Of a stretch of 64,000 bases of DNA, positions 19,439-28,162 are shown in pieces. The notes beneath the pieces were generated by a model. That model saw only the letters and a program-made list of their open reading frames with translations, did not search any database and was not told the origin of the DNA. Each line of letters begins with the position of its first letter. Positions within the stretch are counted from its first letter, which is position 1. A program made the position numbers and the translations under genes. The stretch is from an uncultured Gemmatimonadales bacterium (GTDB taxonomy: Bacteria > Gemmatimonadota > Gemmatimonadetes > Longimicrobiales > RSA9), in assembly GCA_963741945.1 (NCBI GenBank), contig CAVUKA010000003.1:529051-593050 (forward strand), given 5' to 3'.

Positions 19439-19753
19439 ATGGCCGAATACGAATCCGTCCTCGAGACCCCGGAGCTCGGACCCGGCGAGAGCCGGGCGGT
19501 GGAAGTGCACGGCCGGCCGATCCTGCTCCTGAATGTGGGTCAGACATACTACGCCCTCGACGCGCGCTGCCCCGAGAGCGGCGCCCCCCTCGAGCTCAAG
19601 ACGCGGGACCACGTCGCCTGCACCGCGGATTCCGCCGAGTACGACGTAGCCACCGGTGAACGCGTGGACGCCGACGGCCGCCCGCTCCGCCGCTATCAGG
19701 TCCGCGTCGAGGGCAACGCGGTCAAGGTGGGGCCTCCGCTGGCCGGCCGCTAG
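19439..19753 (+). CDS. Small Rieske-fold-like protein lacking the canonical His ligands
   Basis: Strong SD (GAAGGAGG) 8 nt upstream of ATG 19439. LLLNVGQTYYALDARCPESGAPL...VACTADSAEYD has Rieske/NirD-like spacing, with C-P-E and C-T-A-D in place of CxH and CxxH. Confidence 0.55.
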   Translation: MAEYESVLETPELGPGESRAVEVHGRPILLLNVGQTYYALDARCPESGAPLELKTRDHVACTADSAEYDVATGERVDADGRPLRRYQVRVEGNAVKVGPPLAGR

Positions 19754-20103
19754 CGTTCCACCTCGATGGGCGTGGCGCGAACGAACAGCTCGTGCAGCTC
19801 CTCGGCGCGCAGGCCGGGGAACGTCCCGGCCGCGACCAGCGCCTCTCGCATCGGCCGGTCCGGGTCCGAGGCGCGGCAGAAATGCACGGCCATCAGGCGA
19901 GCGCGCCCGATCCTGCCGGTGCCGTAGGCCCCGGCTCCCACGGCCCGGGCCAGCCACGTCTCTCCGTCATGTTCGAACGTCCGCTCGGGCCGGTCCCACC
20001 CCGGCTCCCCTTCCGGCCCGGCCTCGACGTCCGGCCGCATCGTCTTCATGAGGTCGCGGACCGGGACCGGCCCGCCCGCCTCGTCGACCCGCTCGTCGCT
20101 CAT
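19750..20103 (-). CDS. Hypothetical protein translationally coupled to queD
   Basis: The internal ATG 20103 forms an ATGA overlap with the queD stop (20100-20103). 117 codons. No family recognised. Confidence 0.45.
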   Translation of the reverse strand: MSDERVDEAGGPVPVRDLMKTMRPDVEAGPEGEPGWDRPERTFEHDGETWLARAVGAGAYGTGRIGRARLMAVHFCRASDPDRPMREALVAAGTFPGLRAEELHELFVRATPIEVER

Positions 20104-20537
20104 GGCGGGCTCCCGGGGCCCCCACCGAAGTAGTCGGCCCACAGGTTCTCGTCCTCGCGCAGGCGGAGCCGGTGCAGGCGAGCGCCGGCCGGAAGGCGCT
20201 GCTCCAGCCGGGGCCACATCCACGCCAGCAGGTTCTCCGTGGTGGGGATCCGGCCGCGTGGCCCGAACTCCTCGATCGCGTGATTCAGGTGCTGGTGGTC
20301 CAGCTGCCGCACCACTCCCGCGAGGGCCTCATCCAGCGCGCCGAGATCCACGGAATACCCGGTATCCGCCGCGATCTCGCCCGCAATGGTGGCCTCCAGA
20401 GCGTAATTGTGCCCGTGGCCGTACGGATTGGCGCAGGCGCCGAAGACGCGCCGATTCCGCTCCTCGGTCCAGTCCTCGCGCCAGTATCGGTGTGCGGCCG
20501 AAAAGGCTACGCGTCGCGTGAGATAGGCGAGACTCAT
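20100..20537 (-). CDS. queD: 6-carboxy-5,6,7,8-tetrahydropterin synthase (PTPS/QueD family)
   Basis: 145-aa ORF. VAFSAAHRYW...FGACANPYGHGHNYALEATIAG...VDLGALD...LDHQHLN. Confidence 0.85.
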   Translation of the reverse strand: MSLAYLTRRVAFSAAHRYWREDWTEERNRRVFGACANPYGHGHNYALEATIAGEIAADTGYSVDLGALDEALAGVVRQLDHQHLNHAIEEFGPRGRIPTTENLLAWMWPRLEQRLPAGARLHRLRLREDENLWADYFGGGPGSPP

Positions 20538-20691
20538 GGGAGGCTGAAGCTAGAGCGGTGGCGCGTGGGCGTCCAGTCTCGACGCAATGCACGGCCGCCG
20601 TGCAGGCGCGGAACTTGCCACCCTTCCGACTCCAATACCCGGCACCGTCCGCCCCGGCGATGCGGCCAATCGAAGCTTCACCCAGCGTAAC

Positions 20692-21102
20692 ATGGCGCGG
20701 ACCAGCGACGCCCGAGCACAGCCTACCAACGGCTCCACGATCCTCATTGCCGAGGATCACCCGGACAGCCGGGAAGCGCTGAGCGCGCTGCTGGAGGCCT
20801 TTGGCTTCCGCGTGCTCCCCGCCGTGAATGGCGAGGAGGCGGTGGCGCTGGCGCGTACGCGCCGTCCCGATCTCATCCTGATGGACGTCATGATGCCGGT
20901 CGTGGACGGTCTCGAGGCCACCCGTCGCATCCGGGGCTTTCCCGAGACGGCCCGCATCCCCATCATCACCATCACCGCGGTGGAGGAGATCAGGGATCGC
21001 GCCATCGATGCCGGAGCGGACGACTTCATGAGCAAGCCGATCAATTCCGGCGCCCTCCTGACCAAGGTGCGGGAATGGCTCACCGGAAAGGCGAATGCGT
21101 GA
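20692..21102 (+). CDS. Single-domain response regulator (CheY-like receiver)
   Basis: TILIAEDHPDSREAL...PDLILMDVMMPVVDGLEATRRIR...PIITITA...GADDFMSKP. Start placed at the internal ATG 20692. Confidence 0.8.
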   Translation: MARTSDARAQPTNGSTILIAEDHPDSREALSALLEAFGFRVLPAVNGEEAVALARTRRPDLILMDVMMPVVDGLEATRRIRGFPETARIPIITITAVEEIRDRAIDAGADDFMSKPINSGALLTKVREWLTGKANA

Positions 21103-21805
21103 CGACGGGGAGACCGGCAGGAGCCTCGATCCCGGCCTGACCGGGTCCGGCGACGGCGGCCACGGCGGCGCCACGGCCACCCGACCCGCGGCGGGGCCCG
21201 CGACGTTCCCCTGGCCACCGCCGGAGGACGGGCCCGTCCTCGCCCGATTCCGGGACACGTGGCGGGAGGCCATGTTCCGCCCCACCGCGTTCTTTCGTCG
21301 CATCCCGCGCCATGGCGGCACCATCGCTGCGCTCAGCTTCTACCTGGTGGTGGGCGTGCTGGTGGCCGGGGTCAACCTGTTCTGGGACACGGTGGCCATG
21401 CACGTGGCGAGCGACGAAACCATGGCCGCCGTCGCGGGCTTCGCCAGCCTCCCTCCCCTCACCCGCTTCCTCCTCTCGCCCCTGGCGCTCGTGCTCGCGC
21501 TCGGCGTGGCCGCCGCGGTGACGCACGTCCTCCTCCTCGTCCTCGGCGGGGCCGACCACGGGTTCGGCACCACCGTCCGGACGTTCTCCTACGCGTACAG
21601 CCCCATGGGGCTCTCCGTGGTCCCGTTCCTGGGACCGCTCGTGGGCGCGGCGTGGATGGTGGCCATCGGGATCATCGGACTGCGGGAAGCGCACGAGACG
21701 GCCACCTGGAAGCCAGCCGTGGCCATCCTCCTCCCGTCCACCATCGCTCTCGCCGCCCTCGCCATGATGGCCACCGCGATCGCCACGCTGGGGAGCGCCG
21801 GGTGA
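21095..21805 (+). CDS. Yip1-domain-like integral membrane protein
   Basis: 236-aa ORF overlapping the receiver gene by 8 nt. LARFRDTWREAMFRPTAFFRRIPRHGG is followed by about five hydrophobic helices. Confidence 0.6.
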   Translation: MRDDGETGRSLDPGLTGSGDGGHGGATATRPAAGPATFPWPPPEDGPVLARFRDTWREAMFRPTAFFRRIPRHGGTIAALSFYLVVGVLVAGVNLFWDTVAMHVASDETMAAVAGFASLPPLTRFLLSPLALVLALGVAAAVTHVLLLVLGGADHGFGTTVRTFSYAYSPMGLSVVPFLGPLVGAAWMVAIGIIGLREAHETATWKPAVAILLPSTIALAALAMMATAIATLGSAG

Positions 21806-21839
21806 GGACGGGGGCCCGGCCCGCGCGTCGCGTCCGCGG

Positions 21840-22427
21840 TCAGGCGGCGGGGAGCTCGCCGGTGGACGATCTCGCCAGGCGAGGCTTGAGGGCGCGGAGC
21901 ACATCGTCGCCGTAGAACATCGAGATGTACTTGGCCTGGACGGCGGTGATGCTCCGCACGGCCCAGACCAACTCGACGTGGTTGGGCTCGCGCGGAACCG
22001 TCAGGACCTTCATCCCGGCCTCTTTCGGCAGGCGATTGCCCTTCCGGTTGTTACACGGCGAGCACGCGGCGACCACGTTGCCCCAGTCGTTCGCGCCGCC
22101 CCGTGACAGCGGGATGACGTGGTCCCTTGTCAGGAACTCCCTGCCCCGCAGCTCGCTCCGGTGCCGACCGCAGTACTGGCAGCTGTACGCGTCGCGCGCG
22201 AAAAGGAACGTGTTGGTCACCTGCCGACGGAATTTCCGCGGCACGTGCACGTAGCGCACGAGCCGGATCACCACGGGACACGGGAGCTCGGTCCGCTCGG
22301 ACCGGAAGACGCGGCTCTCGTCCACTTCCAGGATCTCGGCCTTGCGATCCAGGACGAGACGCAGCGCGCGCCGAACGGGGAGCAGCGTGAGCGGTTCGAA
22401 GGATGCGTTCAGCGCCAGACAGCCCAT
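21840..22427 (-). CDS. HNH endonuclease
   Basis: CQYCGRHRSELRGREFLTRDHVIPLSRGGANDWGNVVAACSPCNNRKG. Start set at MGCLALNASFEPL (ATG 22427) with GGAGG upstream. Confidence 0.8.
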   Translation of the reverse strand: MGCLALNASFEPLTLLPVRRALRLVLDRKAEILEVDESRVFRSERTELPCPVVIRLVRYVHVPRKFRRQVTNTFLFARDAYSCQYCGRHRSELRGREFLTRDHVIPLSRGGANDWGNVVAACSPCNNRKGNRLPKEAGMKVLTVPREPNHVELVWAVRSITAVQAKYISMFYGDDVLRALKPRLARSSTGELPAA

Positions 22428-22580
22428 GGTCGTCGTTCCGCCTCCTGCCACGTGGAACCGAAGCACCTGGGCCGATCGAACGCGCTCCTGCAGAATCGTG
22501 AGCGGCCACAGATGACCGCTCCAAATCTTAGCGTCGCGGCTCCGTCCGCGCCACGGGGACGGCATCGCGCGGGTTCGCGA

Positions 22581-22613
22581 CCGACGCCGCGCGATCGAGA
22601 CGGGCGCGGTCGG
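22581..22613 (-). terminator. GC-rich imperfect hairpin immediately after the priA stop
   Basis: Minus-strand reading CCGACCGCGC-CCGTCTCGATC-GCGCGGCGTCGG (one bulge). No U-tract. Confidence 0.25.
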
Positions 22614-22615
22614 AC

Positions 22616-25015
22616 CTAGAGCAGGCTCACCGGGTCCCGGTCGATGATGACCCGCACGGCACCGGACCCGGTGCCGTGCTCGCGATAGAGCGCGCGGCAG
22701 ACCTGGCCGAGCTGCCGCGCACTGGGGCTGCGGAGCAGGATGTGCCAGCGCCAGCGGTCGCGGATCCGGTCAATGGCGCACGGCGCCGGCCCGAGGAGGT
22801 GGACCCCGGCCGCGGCGCCCTGGCCGGCGGTGCCCGGGCCCCCGGCGGCACCGTGCGCCCCGGCAGTGTCGGACGGCGCGCGCGCGGCGGTGCGTCCCCG
22901 ATCCCCGTCCGGCTGCATGGTGCGGATGGCATCGGCGCACCAGGCGGCGATGTCCTGGGCCGCTTCCTCGACCTGCATCTCGTCCGGTCCGCTGACCACG
23001 ATGTTGGCGAGGCGCGTGTGCGGCGGATAGGCGGGGTCGCGCCGCTCCTCCAGCTCGCGCTCGGCGAAGCCCACGTAGTCGTGCTCGAGGGCGCGCCGGA
23101 TGGCGTAGTGGCCGGGGAGCGCGGTCTGGATGACCACCTCGCCGGCCCGGTCGCCCCGCCCGGCGCGGCCGGCCACCTGGGTCAGGAGCTGGAACGTGCG
23201 CTCGCCGGCGCGGAAGTCCGGGAGGTTCATGCCGACATCCGCGTTGATGACGCCGACGAGCGTGACATGGGGAAAATCGAGCCCCTTGGCGATCATCTGC
23301 GTGCCGAGGAGGATGTCCACCTCCCGGCGCCCGACGCGGCCGAGGATCTGGTGGTGCGCCCATTTCCCGGAGGTGGTGTCCACGTCCATCCGCGCAACGC
23401 GCGCGGCCGGGAACGTCTCCGTGACCGTTCGCTCGACCTGCTCGGTGCCGAGCCCGCGGAAGGAGAGGTCCTGGCTGCCGCACTCGCTGCAGCGCGCGGG
23501 GATCCCTTCCTCGTGGAAGCAATAGTGACAGACCAGACGCCGGCGCGTGCGATGGTAGGTGAGCGACACGTTGCATCGACCGCACTGCCAGACGTGGCCG
23601 CACGCGCGACACTGGACGAAGCTCGCGTAGCCGCGGCGGTTGAGCAGCAGGATGGTCTGCTCGCGACGACGGAGCCGTTCGTGGATGGCGGCTTCCAGCG
23701 GCTCCGACAGGATGGCCGACCCACGCGGGCCCCCGGGGGTGGCGGCCGTGGCCGTACCCGGCCGGTGCTGGCGGAGGTCGACCACGCGCACGGGGGGAAG
23801 CGGCCGTCCCTCGACCCGCTCGGGCAGCTCGATGAGCGTGTACTTCCCCCGTCGAGCGTTGGCCCAGCTTTCGAGGGCGGGGGTGGCGCTGCCCAGGACG
23901 CAGACGGCGCGCGCCATCATGGCCCGGACAATGGCCACCTCCCGGGCGTGGTACCGGGGCGCCTCGCCCTGCTTGTAGCTGGTCTCGTGCTCCTCGTCGA
24001 CCACGATGGCGCCGAGGTTCTGCACGGGGGCGAACACGGCCGAGCGGGCGCCGACGGCAATGCGTCGCTCGCCGGCGTGGAGCATGCGCCAGGCGTCGTA
24101 TCGCTCGCCCTCGGAGAGCGCCGAGTGGAGCACCGCCACGTCCTCGCCGAAGCGGGAGCGGAAGCGGTCCACGGTCTGAGGCGTGAGCGCGATCTCCGGC
24201 ACGAGGACGATGGCGCCGCGTCCCTGCCGGCCCACCACTTCCTGGAGCAGGTCCACGTAGACTCGCGTCTTGCCCGAGCCGGTGACGCCGCGCAGGAGGA
24301 ACGCGCCGCCGTCACCGCGAGCGGCCGTCAGCAGCGGAGTCAGCGCCGCGGCCTGGTCGGACGTCAGGGGCGGCAGCGGCCCGCTGGCCGTGGGCAGCGA
24401 GGCGAACGGGTCGCGGGCGACTTCCTCCTCCACGATCTCGGCCACAGCCCGCTCCACGAGCCCGTTGATCACCGCGTAGGAGAAGCCCTGGTCCGTGAGC
24501 GACGGGACGGGCGATGCCCCGCCCGCCGCTTCCACGACCTCGAAGCACTCCCGCTGCCGCGCGGCCCGGCCGAACACCTCGTCGCGCAGCGTGAGGCTGG
24601 GCAGGTCGCGCGTGAGGCGGAGCACGCGCTGGGTGCGGACCGGGTCGGGCTCCGCATTGGCCAGCGGGTTCGGCAGCGCGGTGCGGAGGACGAGCCCCAC
24701 GGACGAGAGGTAGTAGTCGGCAACCCAGCGGGCGAGGCGGATCATCCCGGCATCGGCGCTGGGGCGGGCCTCGAGGACCCGCCGGATCTCGCGGATGCGG
24801 GCGCCGCCGGCGATGTCGCCCCGCGGCTTTCCGGTGTCGCGTCCGCCCCCGGTCCCGGAGCCACGCTCCTCCGTGGCAGTGGGGCCGAGCACCCAGCCCA
24901 CGAGCCGCCGCGGCCCGAACGGGACCTCCACGCGCGTCCCGGGCTCCACGGCCGCGTCGGTGCGGTAGGTGAACGTGCGCGGTATCGGGAGCGGGAGGGC
25001 GACCTCTACGAGCAT
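22616..25015 (-). CDS. priA: Primosomal protein N-prime (replication restart helicase PriA)
   Basis: 799-aa ORF. MLVEVALPLPIPRTFTYR, Walker A GVTGSGKT, VVDEEHE, and the Cys-rich zinc region CRACGHVWQCGRCNVSLTYH...LVCHYC...CSECGS. Confidence 0.9.
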   Translation of the reverse strand: MLVEVALPLPIPRTFTYRTDAAVEPGTRVEVPFGPRRLVGWVLGPTATEERGSGTGGGRDTGKPRGDIAGGARIREIRRVLEARPSADAGMIRLARWVADYYLSSVGLVLRTALPNPLANAEPDPVRTQRVLRLTRDLPSLTLRDEVFGRAARQRECFEVVEAAGGASPVPSLTDQGFSYAVINGLVERAVAEIVEEEVARDPFASLPTASGPLPPLTSDQAAALTPLLTAARGDGGAFLLRGVTGSGKTRVYVDLLQEVVGRQGRGAIVLVPEIALTPQTVDRFRSRFGEDVAVLHSALSEGERYDAWRMLHAGERRIAVGARSAVFAPVQNLGAIVVDEEHETSYKQGEAPRYHAREVAIVRAMMARAVCVLGSATPALESWANARRGKYTLIELPERVEGRPLPPVRVVDLRQHRPGTATAATPGGPRGSAILSEPLEAAIHERLRRREQTILLLNRRGYASFVQCRACGHVWQCGRCNVSLTYHRTRRRLVCHYCFHEEGIPARCSECGSQDLSFRGLGTEQVERTVTETFPAARVARMDVDTTSGKWAHHQILGRVGRREVDILLGTQMIAKGLDFPHVTLVGVINADVGMNLPDFRAGERTFQLLTQVAGRAGRGDRAGEVVIQTALPGHYAIRRALEHDYVGFAERELEERRDPAYPPHTRLANIVVSGPDEMQVEEAAQDIAAWCADAIRTMQPDGDRGRTAARAPSDTAGAHGAAGGPGTAGQGAAAGVHLLGPAPCAIDRIRDRWRWHILLRSPSARQLGQVCRALYREHGTGSGAVRVIIDRDPVSLL

Positions 25016-25097
25016 GGCCGCCTGCGTCGGGGGAAGGGCAGAACGTGGAGGATGCAGCCCGGCGGCACCGGGCGAGCGCGGACGCGCGGCGCGGGAG

Positions 25098-25763
25098 TCA
25101 GAGCTGGATTCGGACGAAGTCGTACGGCGGCCACGGACCGGTCACGTCGAACGCGAGCTCGGGGTGGGTGCCGCCCAGGTCGTCGGCGCGCTCGACGAAC
25201 TCCACCCACGCGCTCCGGCTGACGAGGAACGCGGCGCTCATCAGGCGGCCGCCGCCAACGGGGAGCGGAATGGCCGCGCGGGCGAAGCGCCTCATCTCGG
25301 AATAGACCTGCATCGCCATCTCGCTGAGCGTGTCGTCGGCCTCGTCTCCCACAATGTGCAGGCGCAGCTCCCAGTGGCCATCGAGGAACGCGAGTCCCTC
25401 GTCCAGCACGATGTACTGGTCCTCGAGGAACCGGACGACGGCGCGACGTCCGCGGAACACCACCCCGAACGGGGCCGGGAGGATGGTGCCGCGGCGCATG
25501 GTGGTTTCCACGAGGCGCTGGTGGTCCTGGAGCGCCTCGTCGTCCAGGTCGGGGACCTGGTACGGCACCGGGCGCACCAGCGCTTCCAGGTCCCGATAGC
25601 GAACCTTGACCAGGTCGGGGGCATCGCCGGCGCCCGCGCGCCAACTCCTGGAGCGAACCACGCCGTACAGGTACAGCCCCTCCACGGCGGTGCGCTCCTC
25701 CCGTCGTTGGGAGGAGTGGCGCACCGCCTCCGAAGCGGGACCTGCGTCGGCGGTCTCCCGCAT
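25098..25763 (-). CDS. GvpL/GvpF-family-like protein (orphan)
   Basis: 221-aa ORF. GLYLYGVV...VRYRDLEALVRPV...HQRLVETTMRRGTILPAPFGVVFRGRRAVVRFLEDQYIVLDEGLAFLDGHWELRLHI follows the family pattern LYxYG / YxxLxAxxS / HxxV / TxLPxRFG / LxGxxE. Confidence 0.55.
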   Translation of the reverse strand: MRETADAGPASEAVRHSSQRREERTAVEGLYLYGVVRSRSWRAGAGDAPDLVKVRYRDLEALVRPVPYQVPDLDDEALQDHQRLVETTMRRGTILPAPFGVVFRGRRAVVRFLEDQYIVLDEGLAFLDGHWELRLHIVGDEADDTLSEMAMQVYSEMRRFARAAIPLPVGGGRLMSAAFLVSRSAWVEFVERADDLGGTHPELAFDVTGPWPPYDFVRIQL

Positions 25764-25769
25764 GGTACC

Positions 25770-26969
25770 TCAGGGCAGCAGGGTGAAGATCTCCTTCTGC
25801 GGCTCCGGGGTGGTCACCTCGGGGCCGTCCTCCCCCATATACACGTCAATTTCCGTGCGCAGCCCCACATCGCCCGGGACATAGATCCCCGGCTCGATGC
25901 TGAAGCCCACGCCGGGGATCAGCATGCGGGTCTCATGCGTCTCCAGGTTGTCGATGTTCGGACCCATGCCGTGCACATCCTGGTCGATGGAGTGGCCGGT
26001 CCGATGGATGAAGTAGCGGTCGAAGCCGCGCTCGCGGATGACGTTGCGCGGGACGTCGTCGACCTGATATCCCTGGATGGTGCGGCCCGCGTCCCATTCC
26101 TCGCGCACGAAGCCCACGGCGGCATCGCGCGCGTCGCGGATCGCCTCCCAGTAGCGCTGCACGTCGTCGGGCACGCTCGCGCCCAGGTACCCCATCCACG
26201 TCTGGTCCGCGAAGATGGCGTCGCCGTCCTCCCGTCCCCAGAGATCGACCAGCACCACGTCGCCCTTCCGGAACGTGGCGCCGCCCGGACCGTTCTCGTA
26301 GTGCGGGTTGGCCGCGTTCACGCCGTTGGCGACAATGGCGTCCCGACCCTCCGGCACCCCGCGCTCACGGAGCTGGTCCAGCAGCCAGCCGTGGAGCGCA
26401 CCCTCGGTCAGGCTGTCCCCCGCCGCGACCGTGTCGGCGAGGCGGCGGAACGTGTCGCCGGCCGCACGGGCGAGAACGGCCGCGGCGCGGCGGTGCGACG
26501 CCAGCCCTTCCTCCGTCCAGCGGGCGTAGAAGCGGGTGATCAGGTCGGCCGAAGGCGTCAGCTCGGCGCCCGCCCTGCGCAGCAGCTCCGCCACGCCAGC
26601 CGGGACCAGGTCGACGGCGGGGACGGCATCGTTCGGCATGACCTCGGCCGCCACCTTCTTCCCGCCGACCAGCGCGGCCAGCCGCTCGTCCAGGCTTCTC
26701 CAGGAGACGTAGCTCTGCTTGGCCCACGGCCACGGATCCCAGGGCGTGGTCTCGATCCCGTGCATCAGCACCGTGGGCTCGCCGGAGGCCGGGATCAGGA
26801 CGAAGTACCGGCGCGTGAGCTCACCCACTCCGGTGAGCTTTCCGGCGACGATGTTCCGGGCATGCAGGTCGTAGAGCAGCCAGCCGTCCAGCCCCTGCTC
26901 CCGCAGCCCCTCCTGGATCTGCTCCAGCCGCCCCTTCAACGTTCCGAAATCGCTCGCCGTGCTCTTCAC
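25770..26969 (-). CDS. M24-family metallopeptidase (Xaa-Pro aminopeptidase-like)
   Basis: Start set at GTG 26969 (GGAGGA upstream). Metal-ligand regions DLWGREDGDAIFADQTW, HRTGHSIDQDVHG, GFSIEPGIYV. Confidence 0.8.
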   Translation of the reverse strand: MKSTASDFGTLKGRLEQIQEGLREQGLDGWLLYDLHARNIVAGKLTGVGELTRRYFVLIPASGEPTVLMHGIETTPWDPWPWAKQSYVSWRSLDERLAALVGGKKVAAEVMPNDAVPAVDLVPAGVAELLRRAGAELTPSADLITRFYARWTEEGLASHRRAAAVLARAAGDTFRRLADTVAAGDSLTEGALHGWLLDQLRERGVPEGRDAIVANGVNAANPHYENGPGGATFRKGDVVLVDLWGREDGDAIFADQTWMGYLGASVPDDVQRYWEAIRDARDAAVGFVREEWDAGRTIQGYQVDDVPRNVIRERGFDRYFIHRTGHSIDQDVHGMGPNIDNLETHETRMLIPGVGFSIEPGIYVPGDVGLRTEIDVYMGEDGPEVTTPEPQKEIFTLLP

Positions 26970-27098
26970 CGCCGTCCTCCCTCTCCGGTTCAACCCACGC
27001 TCGTGTCGGGGAATGTGCGCCGGCGCGCGGGGCGGGTCAATCGCGGGACGGGCCGGCATGCCGCCATGCCAGGCGCGTGGGCGGCCGCCGTCCCCCGT

Positions 27099-28070
27099 TC
27101 AATCCTCGAACGCCGCAGGCGGGAGCCCGGCCAGGGCGCGCAGTGTCTGTACGGCCCCCTCGGCCGCGCGGTGCGGGACATAGCCGCCTTCGAGAAGCGC
27201 CACGACCCGGCCGCCCGCGTCATCCACCAGCCGTCGCGTCATGCCATGGAGGTCCACAGGCTCGAGGAGCAGGCCGCCCAGCGGGTCCCCCGCGAGGCAG
27301 TCGAAGCCCGCGGAGACGAGGACCAGGTCGGGCGTGAACTCGTCCAGCACCATGGAGACCACCTCGTCGTACACCTCGAGGTAGTACTCCCTCTCCACCC
27401 CGTGCGGGAACGGGACGTTGCGCGTGGTCCCCTTCCCCGCGCCGGAGCCCGTCTGCCCCGTGCTCCCCGTCCCCGGATAGTGGCCCGTCATGTGGAGCGA
27501 CAGGTAATAGACGCTCGGGTCCGTGTAGAAGATCTCCTGCGTTCCATTGCCGTGGTGCACGTCCCAGTCGACGATCAATACCCGCTCCAGGCCCGCCTCC
27601 TGGACCGCCCACTTCGCCGCGACCGCGACGTTGTTGAACAGGCAGAAGCCCATGGCGCGCTCGGCATTGGCGTGGTGCCCCGGTGGCCGCGTCAGCGCGA
27701 ACGCCGTCCCCGCCTCCCCGTCCAGCACGATCTTCGTGGCATCCAGCGCAGCCCCGGCCGCACCCACGGCCGCGTCCCAGGACGCCGGCGACACGATGGT
27801 ATCCTGCGTCATCGCCACCGGCCCGCCCGCTTCCTTCGCCCGCTCCACCCACCGGCCCACGTGATCCAGGTGCGCGGGCGTGTGCACGCGGAGCAGGTCG
27901 TCCCGCGAGGCCGGCCGCGCCTCCGCCTGGAGCATCCGGTCCAGCAGGGCCGGTGTCTCGCGGTAGATCGCCTTCACGATGGCCGGCAGCCGGCCCTGGT
28001 GCTCCGGGTGGTGCCACCCCGTGTCGTGCAGCGCGCACGCCGGGTGGGATACAATGGCCGTTTCACGCAT
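27099..28070 (-). CDS. Histone deacetylase-family protein (acetoin utilisation / deacetylase)
   Basis: HPEHQGRL, RPPGHHA, IVDWDVHHGNGTQEIF, SAGFDCLAGDPLG. Start set at MRETAIVSHP (ATG 28070). Confidence 0.85.
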   Translation of the reverse strand: MRETAIVSHPACALHDTGWHHPEHQGRLPAIVKAIYRETPALLDRMLQAEARPASRDDLLRVHTPAHLDHVGRWVERAKEAGGPVAMTQDTIVSPASWDAAVGAAGAALDATKIVLDGEAGTAFALTRPPGHHANAERAMGFCLFNNVAVAAKWAVQEAGLERVLIVDWDVHHGNGTQEIFYTDPSVYYLSLHMTGHYPGTGSTGQTGSGAGKGTTRNVPFPHGVEREYYLEVYDEVVSMVLDEFTPDLVLVSAGFDCLAGDPLGGLLLEPVDLHGMTRRLVDDAGGRVVALLEGGYVPHRAAEGAVQTLRALAGLPPAAFED

Positions 28071-28162
28071 GCCCGGAAGGTGGTGGAACTCGGCTGCCCA
28101 CGCGACCCCTCCACTCACGCGAAGAGCGCGAAGGTAGCGGAGGGACGGGGAGACGCAGCCCC

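Noticed and set aside
20538-20580. preQ1-riboswitch-like string CUCUAGCUUCAGCCUCCC immediately upstream of queD (minus strand)
   Set aside because: It resembles the CUAGCUACACCCUC loop of preQ1-I. However, there is no complementary 5-prime P1 arm and no A-rich 3-prime tail, and the distance to the ATG leaves no room for an expression platform.
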